Shown here: piece after piece, positions 14,190-26,258 of the stretch
How the letters are laid out: every line of letters starts with the position of its first letter
How positions within the stretch are numbered: the first letter of the stretch is position 1
Source: Scyliorhinus canicula
Lineage: Eukaryota
DNA length: 64,000 nucleotides
Direction: 5' to 3'
Assembly (NCBI RefSeq): GCF_902713615.1
Contig: NW_024056025.1
Span: 584,657 to 648,656, forward strand
Notes under the pieces: generated by a model
Seen by the model: only the letters and a program-made list of their open reading frames with translations
Told to the model about the DNA's origin: nothing
Databases searched by the model: none
Program-made: the position numbers and the translations under genes

Positions 14190-14864
14190 CTGCAGGGTTT
14201 GGATTCAATAGTTTCACTGCTGTTAATCACGTTTAGGATTGTTAGTCTGATAATATTTGGTTTGCTCCTGTTGATGTTAACAAATCCTATAAATGGCTGG
14301 TATTTAAATACCTTCAGACATTTCACTGATCTTTGGGGCTGTGATGTCCCTTTTTGAAAGCACTGGCTGTGATGTTTCCCTTTGATTCAAGAACGCCACC
14401 ACCTGGAAGTTCACCTCCAAGTCACTCACCATCTCCACCTGGAATTATATCGACATTCCTTCACTGCAGCTGGATTAAAATCTTGGAATTCTCTTCCTAA
14501 CATGGTTGGACTGCAGCGGCTCAGGAAGGCAGCTCACCACCATCTTTTCAAGGGCAATTAGGGATGGACAATAAATGCTGACCGAGCCAGCGACACCCAC
14601 ATCCCATCAATGATGTTTTTAAAAGTCTCAACAAGAACTCATTCACAAAATTATGAACTTTCAGTTCAATCCTGAATTGATCTTGCACGGAGTCTCTTGC
14701 CAACTCCACATGGCTCCCCATTGCCATTTGAACAGGCAGCCTGGTCACAGAAATCTAATCACTTCACTCCTCTGTGTTGGTAGTTTTGAAACCAATCGTT
14801 TTAATGTAACCCAACTATTTTCAGGTTAATTCAATTTAGATTCATTGTCATGAAAGGTTAAAAT

Positions 14865-15252
14865 TCGACGCTATGTCCAAAGTGGTGGGGGTCAGGGTGG
14901 AGCCATGCCCGATAGTGGCGGTCTTTGGGGTTTCAGACCAGCCAGATCTATTCCTGGGGAGGAGGGCGGACGCTCTTGCCTTTGCCTCCCTGATCGCCCG
15001 CCGTAGAATCCTGTTTGGCTGGCGGTCAGCAGCACCACCCAGAGCTGCAGACTGGCTGTCCGGCCTCTCGGAATCTCTCCAAATGGAGAAAATCAAATTC
15101 GCCATCCGAGGGTCAGACGACGGCTTCCACAGAACGTGGGAGCCATTCATGCAATTGTTCCGGGACCTGTTTGCGGCCAACGAACAAGAGGAAGAATAGT
15201 CGGGTGGCCAAGAATCAGGGGAAAATGGACGGGAATCGGGGGAAGGTAGCTG

Positions 15253-15283
<31 letters not shown>

Positions 15284-15703
15284 ACGGGTTCGTTATGGGG
15301 GTTTGTTCTCATGGTTTTACGCTTATTTCTTTTTCTTGTTAATTTATTATTTTTGTATTGGAGGGGAGGGGTTACTGTTTTTCTCTGTTGTGATAAAATT
15401 TGTTGTTGAAAACTTGAATAAAAATTATTCCAAAAAAAAAGGAAGGACAAAGCCGCAAGCGACAGTCTGATGGCAAGCTAAGGCCCAAAACCAAATTGTA
15501 AATAAATGCCTATAAACATGTGCCTCGGCCATATTGGGGAATGTGAAATATGTATGCCGGTTAAAGGGGGTGGCCACAGTTGTTATTATGAAGATGCTTA
15601 CCTGTAAATATACATGTTAATTTTTGTGTTTTTTTTCTAATAATTTCAAATTTGTTGGATATTAAATATGAAAACTCAATAAAAAACATATCCCAAAAAA
15701 AAA
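14865..15703 (+). mobile_element. L1/Tx1-type 3' fragment(s) with two poly(A)-ended segments
   Basis: ORF2 C-terminal peptide LAFASLIARRRIL...W (homologous to 28200-28300); poly-G tract; A tails at about 15433 and 15695. 13-bp TSD GAAAGGTTAAAAT at 14852-14864 and 15704-15716. Confidence 0.85.
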
Positions 15704-16741
15704 GAAAGGTTAAAATGCCATTTTCTACTAACACGGAAATAAGATGACATTTTGAACGAATCTCAAAGACTGTTTGAAAACAAACCCAGTTTCTGCTGTA
15801 TTGGAAACCAGCCAGATTAGTTCAATTCTGAGACAGTTAAAGAATAAGCCATTGATCAATAGATATAAGGCTGGTGATAGCCTGTAACACAAAGTTTGTA
15901 ATGTTTTAGATTTTATAATTACACATTATTATATGATTTTCAGCACACTATCATGAGAAGTGTAAAATAATGTTTTTCAAGCCAGTCTCTTGGCCGTGAC
16001 AAGTTCCATCAAGTTGGGGCATGAATGGGGCCTGACTCAAACCGTCTCAGTTTTCAGTCGGCCTCTGTATTCAGACATCAGGAAACACGAGTCGATGTCG
16101 GGTTGATTATAAATCAGCAGACAGTGAGGTTAACCAGTTAATGTTCGACACTTTGGCCAATTAGAGATTCGAAAAGCTGAGCTGAGGAGATAAAGCTAAA
16201 TGTTTCGATTAGCCATTTTGTGAACAGGTTACCACATTTTGGGATTATTACTTCATGTCTTTCACCTGATCAACTGAGGAAAGTTGGATGAACTCTGTTT
16301 AATTGTTAATGATAAATATCTCTGTCAATTACTGTTCATTAAACTTAGTTTTTTATCTTTCTGACTTGTTACTCTTTTTTCAAAATTTAGAGTACCCAAT
16401 TATTTTTTCCAACTAAGGGGCAATTTACCGTGGCCAATTCACCGACCCGGCCCATCTTTGGGTTGTGGTGGAGACCCCGTGCCGACACGGGGAGAACGTG
16501 CAAACTCCACATGGACAGTGACCCGGGGTCGGGATCGAACCCGGGCCCTCGGTGCCATGAGGCAACAGTGCTAACCACTGTGCCACCCCAAACTTGTTAC
16601 CTTTCTACCTTTTAATGGTTCATAAATCTTTTGAATTTACAATTTAAAGTGTTCATTCTGTCAGATAGTTAAATCTTTTAGAACCTGATTTAATTGAAAG
16701 TTGGGGATTTATTGCAAACTATCTGAACCCCATCAATCAAA

Positions 16742-16925
16742 CTGGGGCTGGTTTAGCACACTGGGCTAAATCGCTGGCTTTTAAAGCCAGGCCAGCAGCA
16801 TGGTTCGATTCCCGTACCAGCCTCCCGGGACAGGCGCCGGAATGTGGCGACTAGGGGCTTTTCACAGTAACTTCATTGAAGCCTACTCATGACAATAGGC
16901 GATTTTAATTTTCATTTCATTTCAT
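16742..16925 (+). mobile_element. Second short tRNA-like SINE family
   Basis: ggggctggtttagcacactgggctaaatcgctggc...ggttcgattcccgtaccagcctccc...; other copies at about 2670-2850, 18860-19035 (minus) and twice in 21345-21670. Confidence 0.8.
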
Positions 16926-16939
16926 CAACTTCAAAATGT

Positions 16940-17460
16940 AAATGTTACCTGGATTTGGTGTCTCGGTGTAAGTGGTCCCTGGATTTGGTGCCTCAGTGTA
17001 AGTGGTCCCTGGATTTGGTATCTCGGTGTAAATGGTCCCTGGATTTGGTGCCTCGGTGTAAGTGGTCCCTGGATTTGGTATCTCGGTGTAAATGGTCCCT
17101 GGATTTGGTGTCTAGGTGCAAGTAGTCCCTGGATTTGGTGTCTAGGTGTAAGTAGTACCTGGATTTGGTGTCTCGGTGCAAGTGGTCCCCGGATTCGGTG
17201 TGCCAGAGTAAGTGGTCCCTGGATTTGGTGTGTCAGAGTAAGTGGTCCCTGGATTTGGTGTGTCACAGTGTGGTCCCCAGATTTGGTGTGCCAGTGTAAG
17301 TGGTCCCTGGATTTGATGTCTCAGTGTAAGTGGTCCCTGGATTTTGTGTCTCAGTGTAAGTGGTCCCTGGATTTGGTGTCTCGGTGTAAGTGGTCCCTGG
17401 ATTTAGTGTCTCAGTGTAAGTGGCCCCTGGATTTGGTGTGTCAGAGTAAGTGATCTCTGG
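16940..17460. repeat. 30-bp minisatellite (about 17 units)
   Basis: Unit ctggatttggtgtctcggtgtaagtggtcc. Confidence 0.95.
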
Positions 17461-18199
17461 CTTTGGGGTCTCAGTACATGTGGGCTCAGCTCTGCTTCCA
17501 ACACAGTCTCTCATCTTTCAATAATTTCAATTGAACGGAATCTGACAGTTGGAACCTGTCAGCATTTGAAAGATATTTGCAAATGGTTCGAGAGTTTCTT
17601 ACAGTTGGGATCTTTATCTGTTTTGTCCATTCGAGGTGTTTGATAACAGACTTTCTCTGTGAATATACAGCTGGAGTTTTGGGCCCTACTGTGTTTCCGT
17701 GTTCATCTTGTTGACTCTAAACATTGAATCTTTTGCTTTCAGACACCAGAGAATCAAACTCCCAACAACAGATTGTCTTTTACTGACTTTATTAACAGCT
17801 CTGCAATAATAGAGACACAGTACAGTCACTTGTTCTGGGGAACAGAGATAATACAGGGATTCAGAGCTCCCTTTTCTTCAGCTCTGATTTAACAAGCTGC
17901 AGCCACACTGGAGATATTTATATTAAACTTTTCCACTACATTTGTGATCTGATCCTTTCAAACACTCACCACAAGGATATCTTTGTTCTGAGTGTGAGCA
18001 CAAGGCTGTGCCTCTGTCACACACACAGATACCATTTCCTAGGTTCACATCTCCACACAGAGACCAGCTCTTTACACATCCCCTTTCTGCACAACTGCAG
18101 CAATATGAGCAAGGATGTGAGGCTCAGTAATATTCACCCACATTTCAGAACAGCAAAGGCTCAACTGGAACAAAGATTCAGTCATTTTCTGTTACAATA

Positions 18200-18830
18200 G
18201 AGATTAGTACAGGAGCACAATGACAGTGTAACAGAGTCTCATCAGTCTGCAGACCCCTGTTAAATACAGAGCAGTACAGGAGCACACTGACAGTGTAACA
18301 GAGTCTCAGTCTGCAAACTCCTGTTAAATACAGAGCAGTACAGGAGCACAATGACAGTGTAACACAGTCTCATCAGTCTGCAGACTCCTGTTAAATACAG
18401 AGCAATACAGGAGCACACTGACAGTGTAACACAGTCCTATCAGTCTGCAGACTCCTGTTAAATACAGAGCAGTACAGGAGCACACTGACAGTGTAACACA
18501 GTCTCAGTCTGCAGACTCCTGTTAAATACAGAGCAGTACAGGAACTCACTGACAGTGTAACACAGTCTCATCAGCCTGCAGACTCCTGTTAAATACAGAG
18601 CAGGACAGGAGCACACTGACAGTGTAACACAGTCTCATCAGTCTGCAGACTCCTGTTAAATACAGAGCAGTACAGGAGCACACTGAGTGTAACAGTCTCA
18701 TCAGTCTGCAGACTCCTGTTAAATACAGAGCCGTACAGGAGCAAACTGACAGTGTAACACAGTCTCATCAGTCTGCAGACTCCTGTTAAATACAGAGCAG
18801 TACAGGAGCACACTGACAGTGTAACAGTGT
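18200..18830. repeat. About 67-bp minisatellite (about 9 units)
   Basis: Unit tacagagcagtacaggagcacactgacagtgtaacacagtctcatcagtctgcagactcctgttaaa. Confidence 0.95.
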
Positions 18831-19949
18831 CTCATGGGTGGAATGGTACCACAGTGAAAAAATGAAAATCGCTTATTGTCACGAGTAGGCTTCAATGAAG
18901 TTACTGTGAAAAGCCCCTAGTTGCCACATTCCGGCGCCTGTCCGGGGAGGCTGGTACGGGAATCGAACCGTGCTGCTGGCCAGCTTGGTCTGCTTTAAAA
19001 GCCAGTGATTTAGCCTGGTGAGCTAAACCAGCCCCTAAACCAGTGGTTAGCACTGCTGCTTCACAGCAGTAGCATCCCAGGTTTTATTCCCTGCTTTGGT
19101 CACTGTCTGTTCCGAGTCTGCACGTTCTCCCCGTGTCTGCGTGGGCTTCCTCTGGGTACTCCGGTTTCCTCCCACAAGTCCCGTAATACATGCTGTTAGG
19201 TGAATTGTACATTCTGAATGATCTCTGTGTGTAATCGAACAGGTGCCGGAGTGTGAGGACTCGGGGATTTTCACAGTAACTTCATTGCAGCGTTAATGTA
19301 AACATACTTGTGACAATAATAAAAATTATTATGATTATCATCAGTCTGCAAGATATGGAGAGCTGGGAATTGTCCACGCGAGTAACTGATGCCGTGAGAT
19401 CTGAAATAATCAGATGATAATCAGATAACTAATGATTAGTAAAGAGAAAAGGCCCCAAAAATAAAGCAGTCGGCAACAGGACATCAATTAATCTCCACTT
19501 ACATTGGAGAAAAATGGAACATAACACTGTGTATTTGCTCAACAACTGACCAAATTGACATTCATCTAGAATTAAAAAGAAATAGATTTAAAGTGCCCAA
19601 TACTTTTTGTTCCAATTAAGGGGCAATTTAGCGTTACCAATCCACCTGCCCTGCACATCTTTGGGTTGTGGGTGTGAGACCCATGCAGACACGGGGAGAA
19701 TATCTTCATCTAAAATTTCAATAACCTCCAAGACGGGGCTGACGTTTAACATCAGCAGAAACAAACAGTGAAAGTGATGAACAGCAGAATCCCACCCCTG
19801 CAATCACATATAAACTCACTGGTCTCACAATAGGTGCTGTAACTGAGTGAACCCTTTTCACACACAGAGCAGATGACCAGCCCCTCCCCAACATGAGTGC
19901 GTTGGTGTGTCTGAGCCTCACTTGTACTTCTCACATTCATAACAAGAGA

Positions 19950-20594
19950 TCATTTAGCAATGTGTACACGTTGATGTGCAGCGAGGGTGCTTAACCGAGT
20001 CAATCCCTTCCCACACACAGAGCAGGTGAATGGCCTCTCCCCCGTGTGAACCCGCTGGTGCCTCAGCAGGGTGGATGACTGAATGAATCTCCTCCCGCAC
20101 ACTGAACAGGTGAATGGCCTTTTCCCAGTGTGAGTCTGCTGGTGCCTCATCAGGGTGGATGACTGAGTGAATCCTTTCCCACACATGGAGCAGGTGAACG
20201 GCCTCTCTCCAGTGTGAGTGTGTTGGTGTTGCATCAGGTTCTTTCTGCTTTTAAAGCTCTTCCCACAGTCAGAACATTCTAAAGGTCTCTTATTGGAGTG
20301 AGCACATTGGTGTGACTGTAGGTGTTGTGACTGAATGAAATCTTTTCCACACACGGAGCAGATGAACGGCCTCTCCCCTGTGTGACTGCGTCGATGAGTT
20401 TTGAGATGGGATGGGTAATTGAATCCTTTCCCACAGTCCCCACATTTCCACGGTTTCTCCATGGTACCGGTGTCCTTGTGTCTCTCCAGGTTGGAAGATA
20501 AGTTGAAGTCTTGTCCACACATAGAACACCTGAATGATTTCTCCTCGCTGTGAATGGTGTGATTTTTGTTCACGCTGGTTAAAGCTCTTTCCAC
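19950..20594 (-). CDS. C2H2 zinc-finger protein (6 intact fingers), no KRAB
   Basis: 214-aa ORF; the likely true start is the internal ATG of MEKPWKC. A degenerate out-of-frame finger follows at about 19800-19930. Confidence 0.85.
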   Translation of the reverse strand: MERALTSVNKNHTIHSEEKSFRCSMCGQDFNLSSNLERHKDTGTMEKPWKCGDCGKGFNYPSHLKTHRRSHTGERPFICSVCGKDFIQSQHLQSHQCAHSNKRPLECSDCGKSFKSRKNLMQHQHTHTGERPFTCSMCGKGFTQSSTLMRHQQTHTGKRPFTCSVCGRRFIQSSTLLRHQRVHTGERPFTCSVCGKGLTRLSTLAAHQRVHIAK

Positions 20595-21039
20595 AGTCAG
20601 TTCACTGGAACACTCTCACTTGGGTGTATGTGTGTCTCAGTGATTTTCCAGTCACACTGATGTTTGAAATCTTTTCCCACAGATTGAAGACAAACATTTC
20701 TCCTTCCACATTCAAAGGCAAATGAGATTGAGGTCTTGAATCGAGTGATTCTGTTGAATTTTGTTGTGATGCTTAATTTGAATTTCCCATCTGTAAATCA
20801 TCCACTTCGAATATCCTATAAATGAAGATTACCAAAGTGAAAGATGTAAATTTCTATCCCACACACCCTCTCTCTCCTCCCTGGGCTGAAATCCAAACCC
20901 ATCTGCACCATTTCTTTCCTCTAATCCCAGTTTTCTCCCTCTGCCTGGGTTCAGTTCTCCAGCTCCTGTCTGCAGACAGACAATAAAATCAATGGGTCTT
21001 ATTGGGAGTTTGGGGTCTCCTCTTACCCACCTGAGTCCA

Positions 21040-22330
21040 GAGCAAGAACCTGCACTGCGCGTGTTCCAGCTCACAATGCCCGAGATGTGATTGACAGCAT
21101 CTCTGAACCTACAGGAAGCAGCAGTGGGGCTGGAGGACTGAGCAGGAGCAGCTGGTCCTCCAACCAATCGGAGTGAATGAGGGGTGGGGCTGAGCCCGGA
21201 TCTCCCTCATTGGCTGAAACACTGCATCATTTTGAAAACTGATTTTTCTCAAACTCCAAGAGAAAAGTGGACTTTTCTGTCTGCGTTCGGAGACACCCTC
21301 GAGCATTGAATAAGTACCTGGCTGATCTGACTAACGCCCACTACACAGGCTGGTTTGGCACAGTGGCTAAATAGCTGGCTTGTAAAGCAGACCCAGGCAG
21401 GCCAGCAGCGTGGGTTCAATTCCCGTACCGGCCTGCCCGAACTGGCGCTGGAATGTGGCGACTAGGGGCTTTTCACAGTAACTTCATTATGGGCTGGTTT
21501 AGCACACTGGGCTAAATCCCTGGCTTTTGAAGCAGTCCAAGGCAGGGCAGCAGCACGGTTCAATTGCCGTAACAGCCTCCCCAAACGGGCCGGAATGTGG
21601 CGACAAGGGTCTTTTCACAGTAACTTCATTGAAACCTACTCGTGACAATAAGCGAATTTCATTTCATTTTCACATGCAGCGAGCAGGACTGTCCTGGAGC
21701 TCAATTATACTCACATTCTGATAATGTTCAGGGTGACTCTGTTAGATCTTGATGTTATCTTTGATTTGAGTTTTCTGTGTAAATCCAGCCATCCCAACCC
21801 CCTGTAAAAGGAGTTTGCAGAATGCATCCCTGTCAGTCCAGGAGAGAAATTCACAACATTCTCGCCTCCTGTTGACAGGGAGCCCCGCGCATGCGCCCTG
21901 AATCCGGGCCTCTCACTGCAGACGCGGTTCAGCTGCTGCCTCCGCCGCGCAGATACAAACCCGGAACCGGCAGCTTCTTCTTCCGGGGTCAGAGCCGCAT
22001 CCCGGGACTCACGGACCCTCCCCAGGCTCCGCCTCTCCCTCCATTCCCCTCACCGACTGTGGATCTGACAAACAAGCTTCTGTCCCAGCCCGTTGCTACG
22101 TCACAATGCCCGGCGAGTGATTGACGGCATCTCCGCGCCAATAGGAGCAGGAGGACCGAGCGGGAGCGGCTGGTTCCCCCAGCCAATCGGAGTGAATGAG
22201 GGGGCGGGGCTAGGCAGTGACTGACGCAGGCGCAGTGCGGGCGATCGATAAACGGAAAATTGCGGAAAGCCGGCAGCGGTCCATCTGCCGGGTGTGTGCA
22301 GTGTTTTTGTCAACATGTTGTGCAGCACAA
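21040..22330. promoter_or_regulatory. Promoter-like blocks between divergent ZNF genes
   Basis: Repeated CCAATCGGAGTGAATGAGGGG block (about 21161 and 22183), GCGCATGCGC near 21887, CpG-rich; lies between a minus-strand and a plus-strand ZNF array. Confidence 0.55.
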
Positions 22331-22384
22331 TCTGGGGAAAATGACTCTCCCATTTGAACCGAACACGTCCTCACCGGCCCGTGT

Positions 22385-23330
22385 TAAAGATCACCATCTT
22401 TAATGGGGGCAATGATTGCAGAGACTGGGACAGATAAGGGCATGGAGTGGATTACAGAGGGAAAAAAGATCATAGAGGGGATTACAGACAGAGAGAGAGA
22501 CAAGAGCATGGAGGAGATTACAGAGAGAGACCACAGCATGGAGGGGATTACAGAGAGAGAAAAAACATGGAGGGGATTACAGAGAGAGACCAGAGCATGG
22601 GGGAGATGACAGAGAGAGACCAGAGCATGGGGGAGATGACAGAGATAGAGAAGGGCATGGAGGAGATTAGACTTGGAGGGGGGGAGGGGAGGGGAGGGGC
22701 GCGGTGCAAGAGCATGGAGAAATTTGAAAACAAGGATGAGAATTTCTAAATGTATCTGCTTCTTAACTGGGAGCCTTTGGAGGTCTGTGAGCATGAATGA
22801 AACTTGGTGTGATTAAGCAATAAAGTTTATGATCTCAGGTTCATAGGGAGGTTTAATGCGGGAGACCAACCAGGCAGACCAGCATTAGAACAGTTCAGTC
22901 CACAGGGAACAAAGGAATGGGTGAAGGTTTCAGCAGCAGATGAGCAGAGAGTCTGGTGATGTTACTGAGGTGGAAATAGGCGGTGTTGGTGATGATGTAG
23001 ATATGGGATTATCACAAAATATTTTGGGATATGTATGAACCATGGTTCAGTCTCAGGCTGTTATCGGGGAGATGGGTGGAGCCGGTGCTGAGGAAATGGA
23101 GTTTGTAGGAGAGAAGCAAAGACAATGGGATCATTTTTTGCAATGTTTAAATGCAGTAAATGTTTGCTCATCCAGTACAGTATGTCAGTAGGTGTGTGAC
23201 TGGGAGAGGAATTTGTAGGTGAATGCGTTGTCATACACATGCTGCCCTGGTCCTTTATGGTGATGGAAGCTGAAGGCTTGAGAGATTTGTAAATGTCTGG
23301 TCAAGCTGTAGATGTATAAAAACCCTTTCC
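22385..23330 (-). mobile_element. Old L2-clade LINE 3' fragment with an internal purine/pyrimidine microrepeat
   Basis: LQRLPVKKQIHLEILILVFKFLHALAP resembles the L2 ORF2 C-terminus; interrupted by acagagagagaccagagcatggg repeats. Confidence 0.6.
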
Positions 23331-24095
23331 TTCATTCCCTACCTCTCCCACCTCTCCTCTCTTTCGCTCTCTCTTCCATTCTCCCTCCTCCTATAGAAGT
23401 CTGAATCTTGTGTTGGCCCAGACCAGTTGGCAGGATTCCTTCCCTGAAGGACATTCCTGAACCAGTTGGGTTTTCATGACAATCCAGCAGTTTTCATGGT
23501 CACTTTTTCCGAGTGCTGGCCCCACAAATGACCAAATTCATTCAGCTCAATTTCATTCTCACACTTTTCTGTTTGCTGTCAATTTTACAGGAGGTTGAAC
23601 ATTGGAAAACTGAAACTCAACATCACATCAGAATCTTACATAGTCGCCCAATTCACCATCATCCAAATGCTGACGGATTTTGAACATGGACGGGAAACAA
23701 CACCGTTCACAGTGGAAACTGTGCTCAGGTTCTGTGTGGCTGAGATTTCAGCCGATCAGCTGTCCTGTTGAGCCAAACGCAGTTACAGCAGAGAGAGAAC
23801 GTAGAAACGTGCGGACTGTGGGAAGGGATACAATTACCCATTGAAGTGGAAATTCACAGTGACACACACAGGGAGAGATCGCTCACTTGCTCTGAGTGTG
23901 GGAAGACATTCACTACCTCATCCCACCTATTGACCCCAATGAGTCCACACTGGGAAGAGACCGTTCAGCTGCTCCGAGTGTGGGAAGGGATTAGCTCACT
24001 CAGCCAACCCGCTGAGACACCAGCGAGTTCACACCCACGAGATACCTTTTAAATACCCAGACTGCGGGAAGCACTGTCGAGGTTCTGGGGAACTG

Positions 24096-25412
24096 ATGTC
24101 CCATCAACGTGTTCACACTGACATGACTCCGTTCAAGTGCTCTGGCTGTGGGACTGGGTTCAGACGATCATCTGATCTGACTGTACATCATTGCAGTCAC
24201 GCCAGAGAGAGGCCGTTCACCTGCTCTGAGTGTGGGAAAGGATTTATTACCTCATCCTACCTGCTGACACACCAGTATATTCACAGTGGGGAGAGGCCAT
24301 TCACCTGCTCTGAATGTGGGAAGGGATTCACTCAGTCATCCCACCTGCAGACACACCAGCGAGTTCACACTGGAGAGAGACCATTCATCTGCTCCAAATG
24401 TGGGAAAAGATTCACTCAGTCATCCAACTTGCTGACACACCAACGCATTCATACTGGAGATAAACCATTCATCTGCTCCAAGTGTGGAAAGGGATTCATT
24501 TGTACAGCCTACTTACTGAGACACCAGCGGGTTCATACTGGGGAGCGACCATTCACCTGCTCCAGGTGTGGAAAGGGATTCAGTCACTCACACAACCTCC
24601 AGAGACACCAGTACATTCACACTGAGGAGAGGCCGTTCACCTGCTCAGACTGTGGGAAGAGATTCACTCAGAGATATAGTCTTCTGGAACACCAGCGAAT
24701 TCACACTGGGGAGAGGCTGTTCCCCTGCAGTGAGTGTGGGAAGGGATTCAGTGCCTCATCACAACTGCAGACCCACCAGCGCACTCACACTGGGGAGAGA
24801 CCGTTCAGCTGCTCCTGGTGTGGGAAGAGATTCACTTGTTCATCCCATCTGCAGACCCACCAGCGAGTTCACACCGGGGAGAGGCCATTCATCTGCTCTG
24901 AGTGTGGGAAGGAATTTGCTCATTCATCCAACCTGCTGAGACACCAGCGAGTTCACAGTGAGGACAGACCTTTTAAATGTCCAGACTGTGGGAAGTGCTA
25001 TAAAAGTTCTGAGGAACTGATGTCCCATCAACGTGTTCACACTGATGAGAGACCGTTCAGGTGCTCTGACTGTGGAACTGGGTTCAGGCGATCATCTGAC
25101 CTCACTGTACATCAGCGTATTCACACGGGGAAGAGGCCATTCACCTGCTCTGTGTGTGGCAAAGGATTCACTACCTCATCCTACCTGCTGACACACCAGC
25201 GACTTCACACTGGGGAAAGGCCGTTCAGCTGCCCCTTGTGTGGGAAGCGTTTCACTCAGTCATCCCACCTGCTCACACACCAGCGAGTTCACACTGGAGA
25301 GAGACCATTTACCTGCTCTCAGTGTGGGAAAGGATTCACTCAGTCATCCAACTTGCTGACACACCAGCGCACTCACACCTGGGAGGAGCTGTCTGATGCC
25401 ATATGTGAGTAA
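24096..25412 (+). CDS. C2H2 zinc-finger protein (15 fingers), no KRAB
   Basis: 438-aa ORF of tandem fingers; decayed fingers on both sides (about 23770-24095 and 25430-25750). Confidence 0.9.
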   Translation: MSHQRVHTDMTPFKCSGCGTGFRRSSDLTVHHCSHARERPFTCSECGKGFITSSYLLTHQYIHSGERPFTCSECGKGFTQSSHLQTHQRVHTGERPFICSKCGKRFTQSSNLLTHQRIHTGDKPFICSKCGKGFICTAYLLRHQRVHTGERPFTCSRCGKGFSHSHNLQRHQYIHTEERPFTCSDCGKRFTQRYSLLEHQRIHTGERLFPCSECGKGFSASSQLQTHQRTHTGERPFSCSWCGKRFTCSSHLQTHQRVHTGERPFICSECGKEFAHSSNLLRHQRVHSEDRPFKCPDCGKCYKSSEELMSHQRVHTDERPFRCSDCGTGFRRSSDLTVHQRIHTGKRPFTCSVCGKGFTTSSYLLTHQRLHTGERPFSCPLCGKRFTQSSHLLTHQRVHTGERPFTCSQCGKGFTQSSNLLTHQRTHTWEELSDAICE

Positions 25413-26258
25413 AGAGTCTATCAGACATACGCCCTTCTGAGATATCAGTGAGTTCATACTGGGGAAAAGATGTATGTGTGTAGGGATTCAGTCAGTTACA
25501 CAGTCTCCTGTTGGACAGTCTTTCACTTGCCCCGTGTGTGGAAATGTTTCAACTGACCTGATGAATCACCAAATTGTTCACACTGGGGGAAAGGCTGGGC
25601 AGTGATCTGACGTGAGATTGATTCATTAATCATCTAATCTGTGGACACACCAGCAAGTTCCCACTGGGCTGAGACTGTTCACCTGCTCCATGTGTGGGAA
25701 GGGATTCACTCAGTCATTTAAACTTCTGACTGCTCAGTGAGTTCACACTGCACAGAGGGTGTTTGTGTGTGTGTGTGTAAAAGGATTTGATCATCATCAC
25801 AACTGTAAATTTGTCAATTACAAAGTGGAGAGAGGATATTCACCTGCTTCCTGTCTGCAAACACATTTCCTGAAAATGGATATCGTTTTGATCAGAGATC
25901 CTGGAATTCATTTCAAATTGTTGCAGATTTGCTGTCTTAATGGCTAAATATACTTTTTTGTTTTTACACAATGATTTATTGCTTTAAACAAGCAACAATG
26001 AGACATTGGTTCAATGTTTTTATTTCTATCACATAAACCATTCCAGACAGGAACCATGAGATTACTGGATACTGATAGGAGGTCTCATCAGAAAGATCTG
26101 GGAGCACGTTATTCTAATCTGATCAATCTGCTCAAAGGTAGACCTGGTCAGGAACACCGAGATTTTATATTGGTCCTTTCTGACTTCAGTCATGTTGTGT
26201 TTTTTTTTAATAAACATTTTATTGAGGTATTTTTGGTATTATAACAACAAAATAAACA

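Noticed and set aside
26192-26258. Hydrophobic N-terminus of the 184-aa ORF
   Set aside because: Flank and TSD sequence fused by chance to the truncated L1 RT frame.
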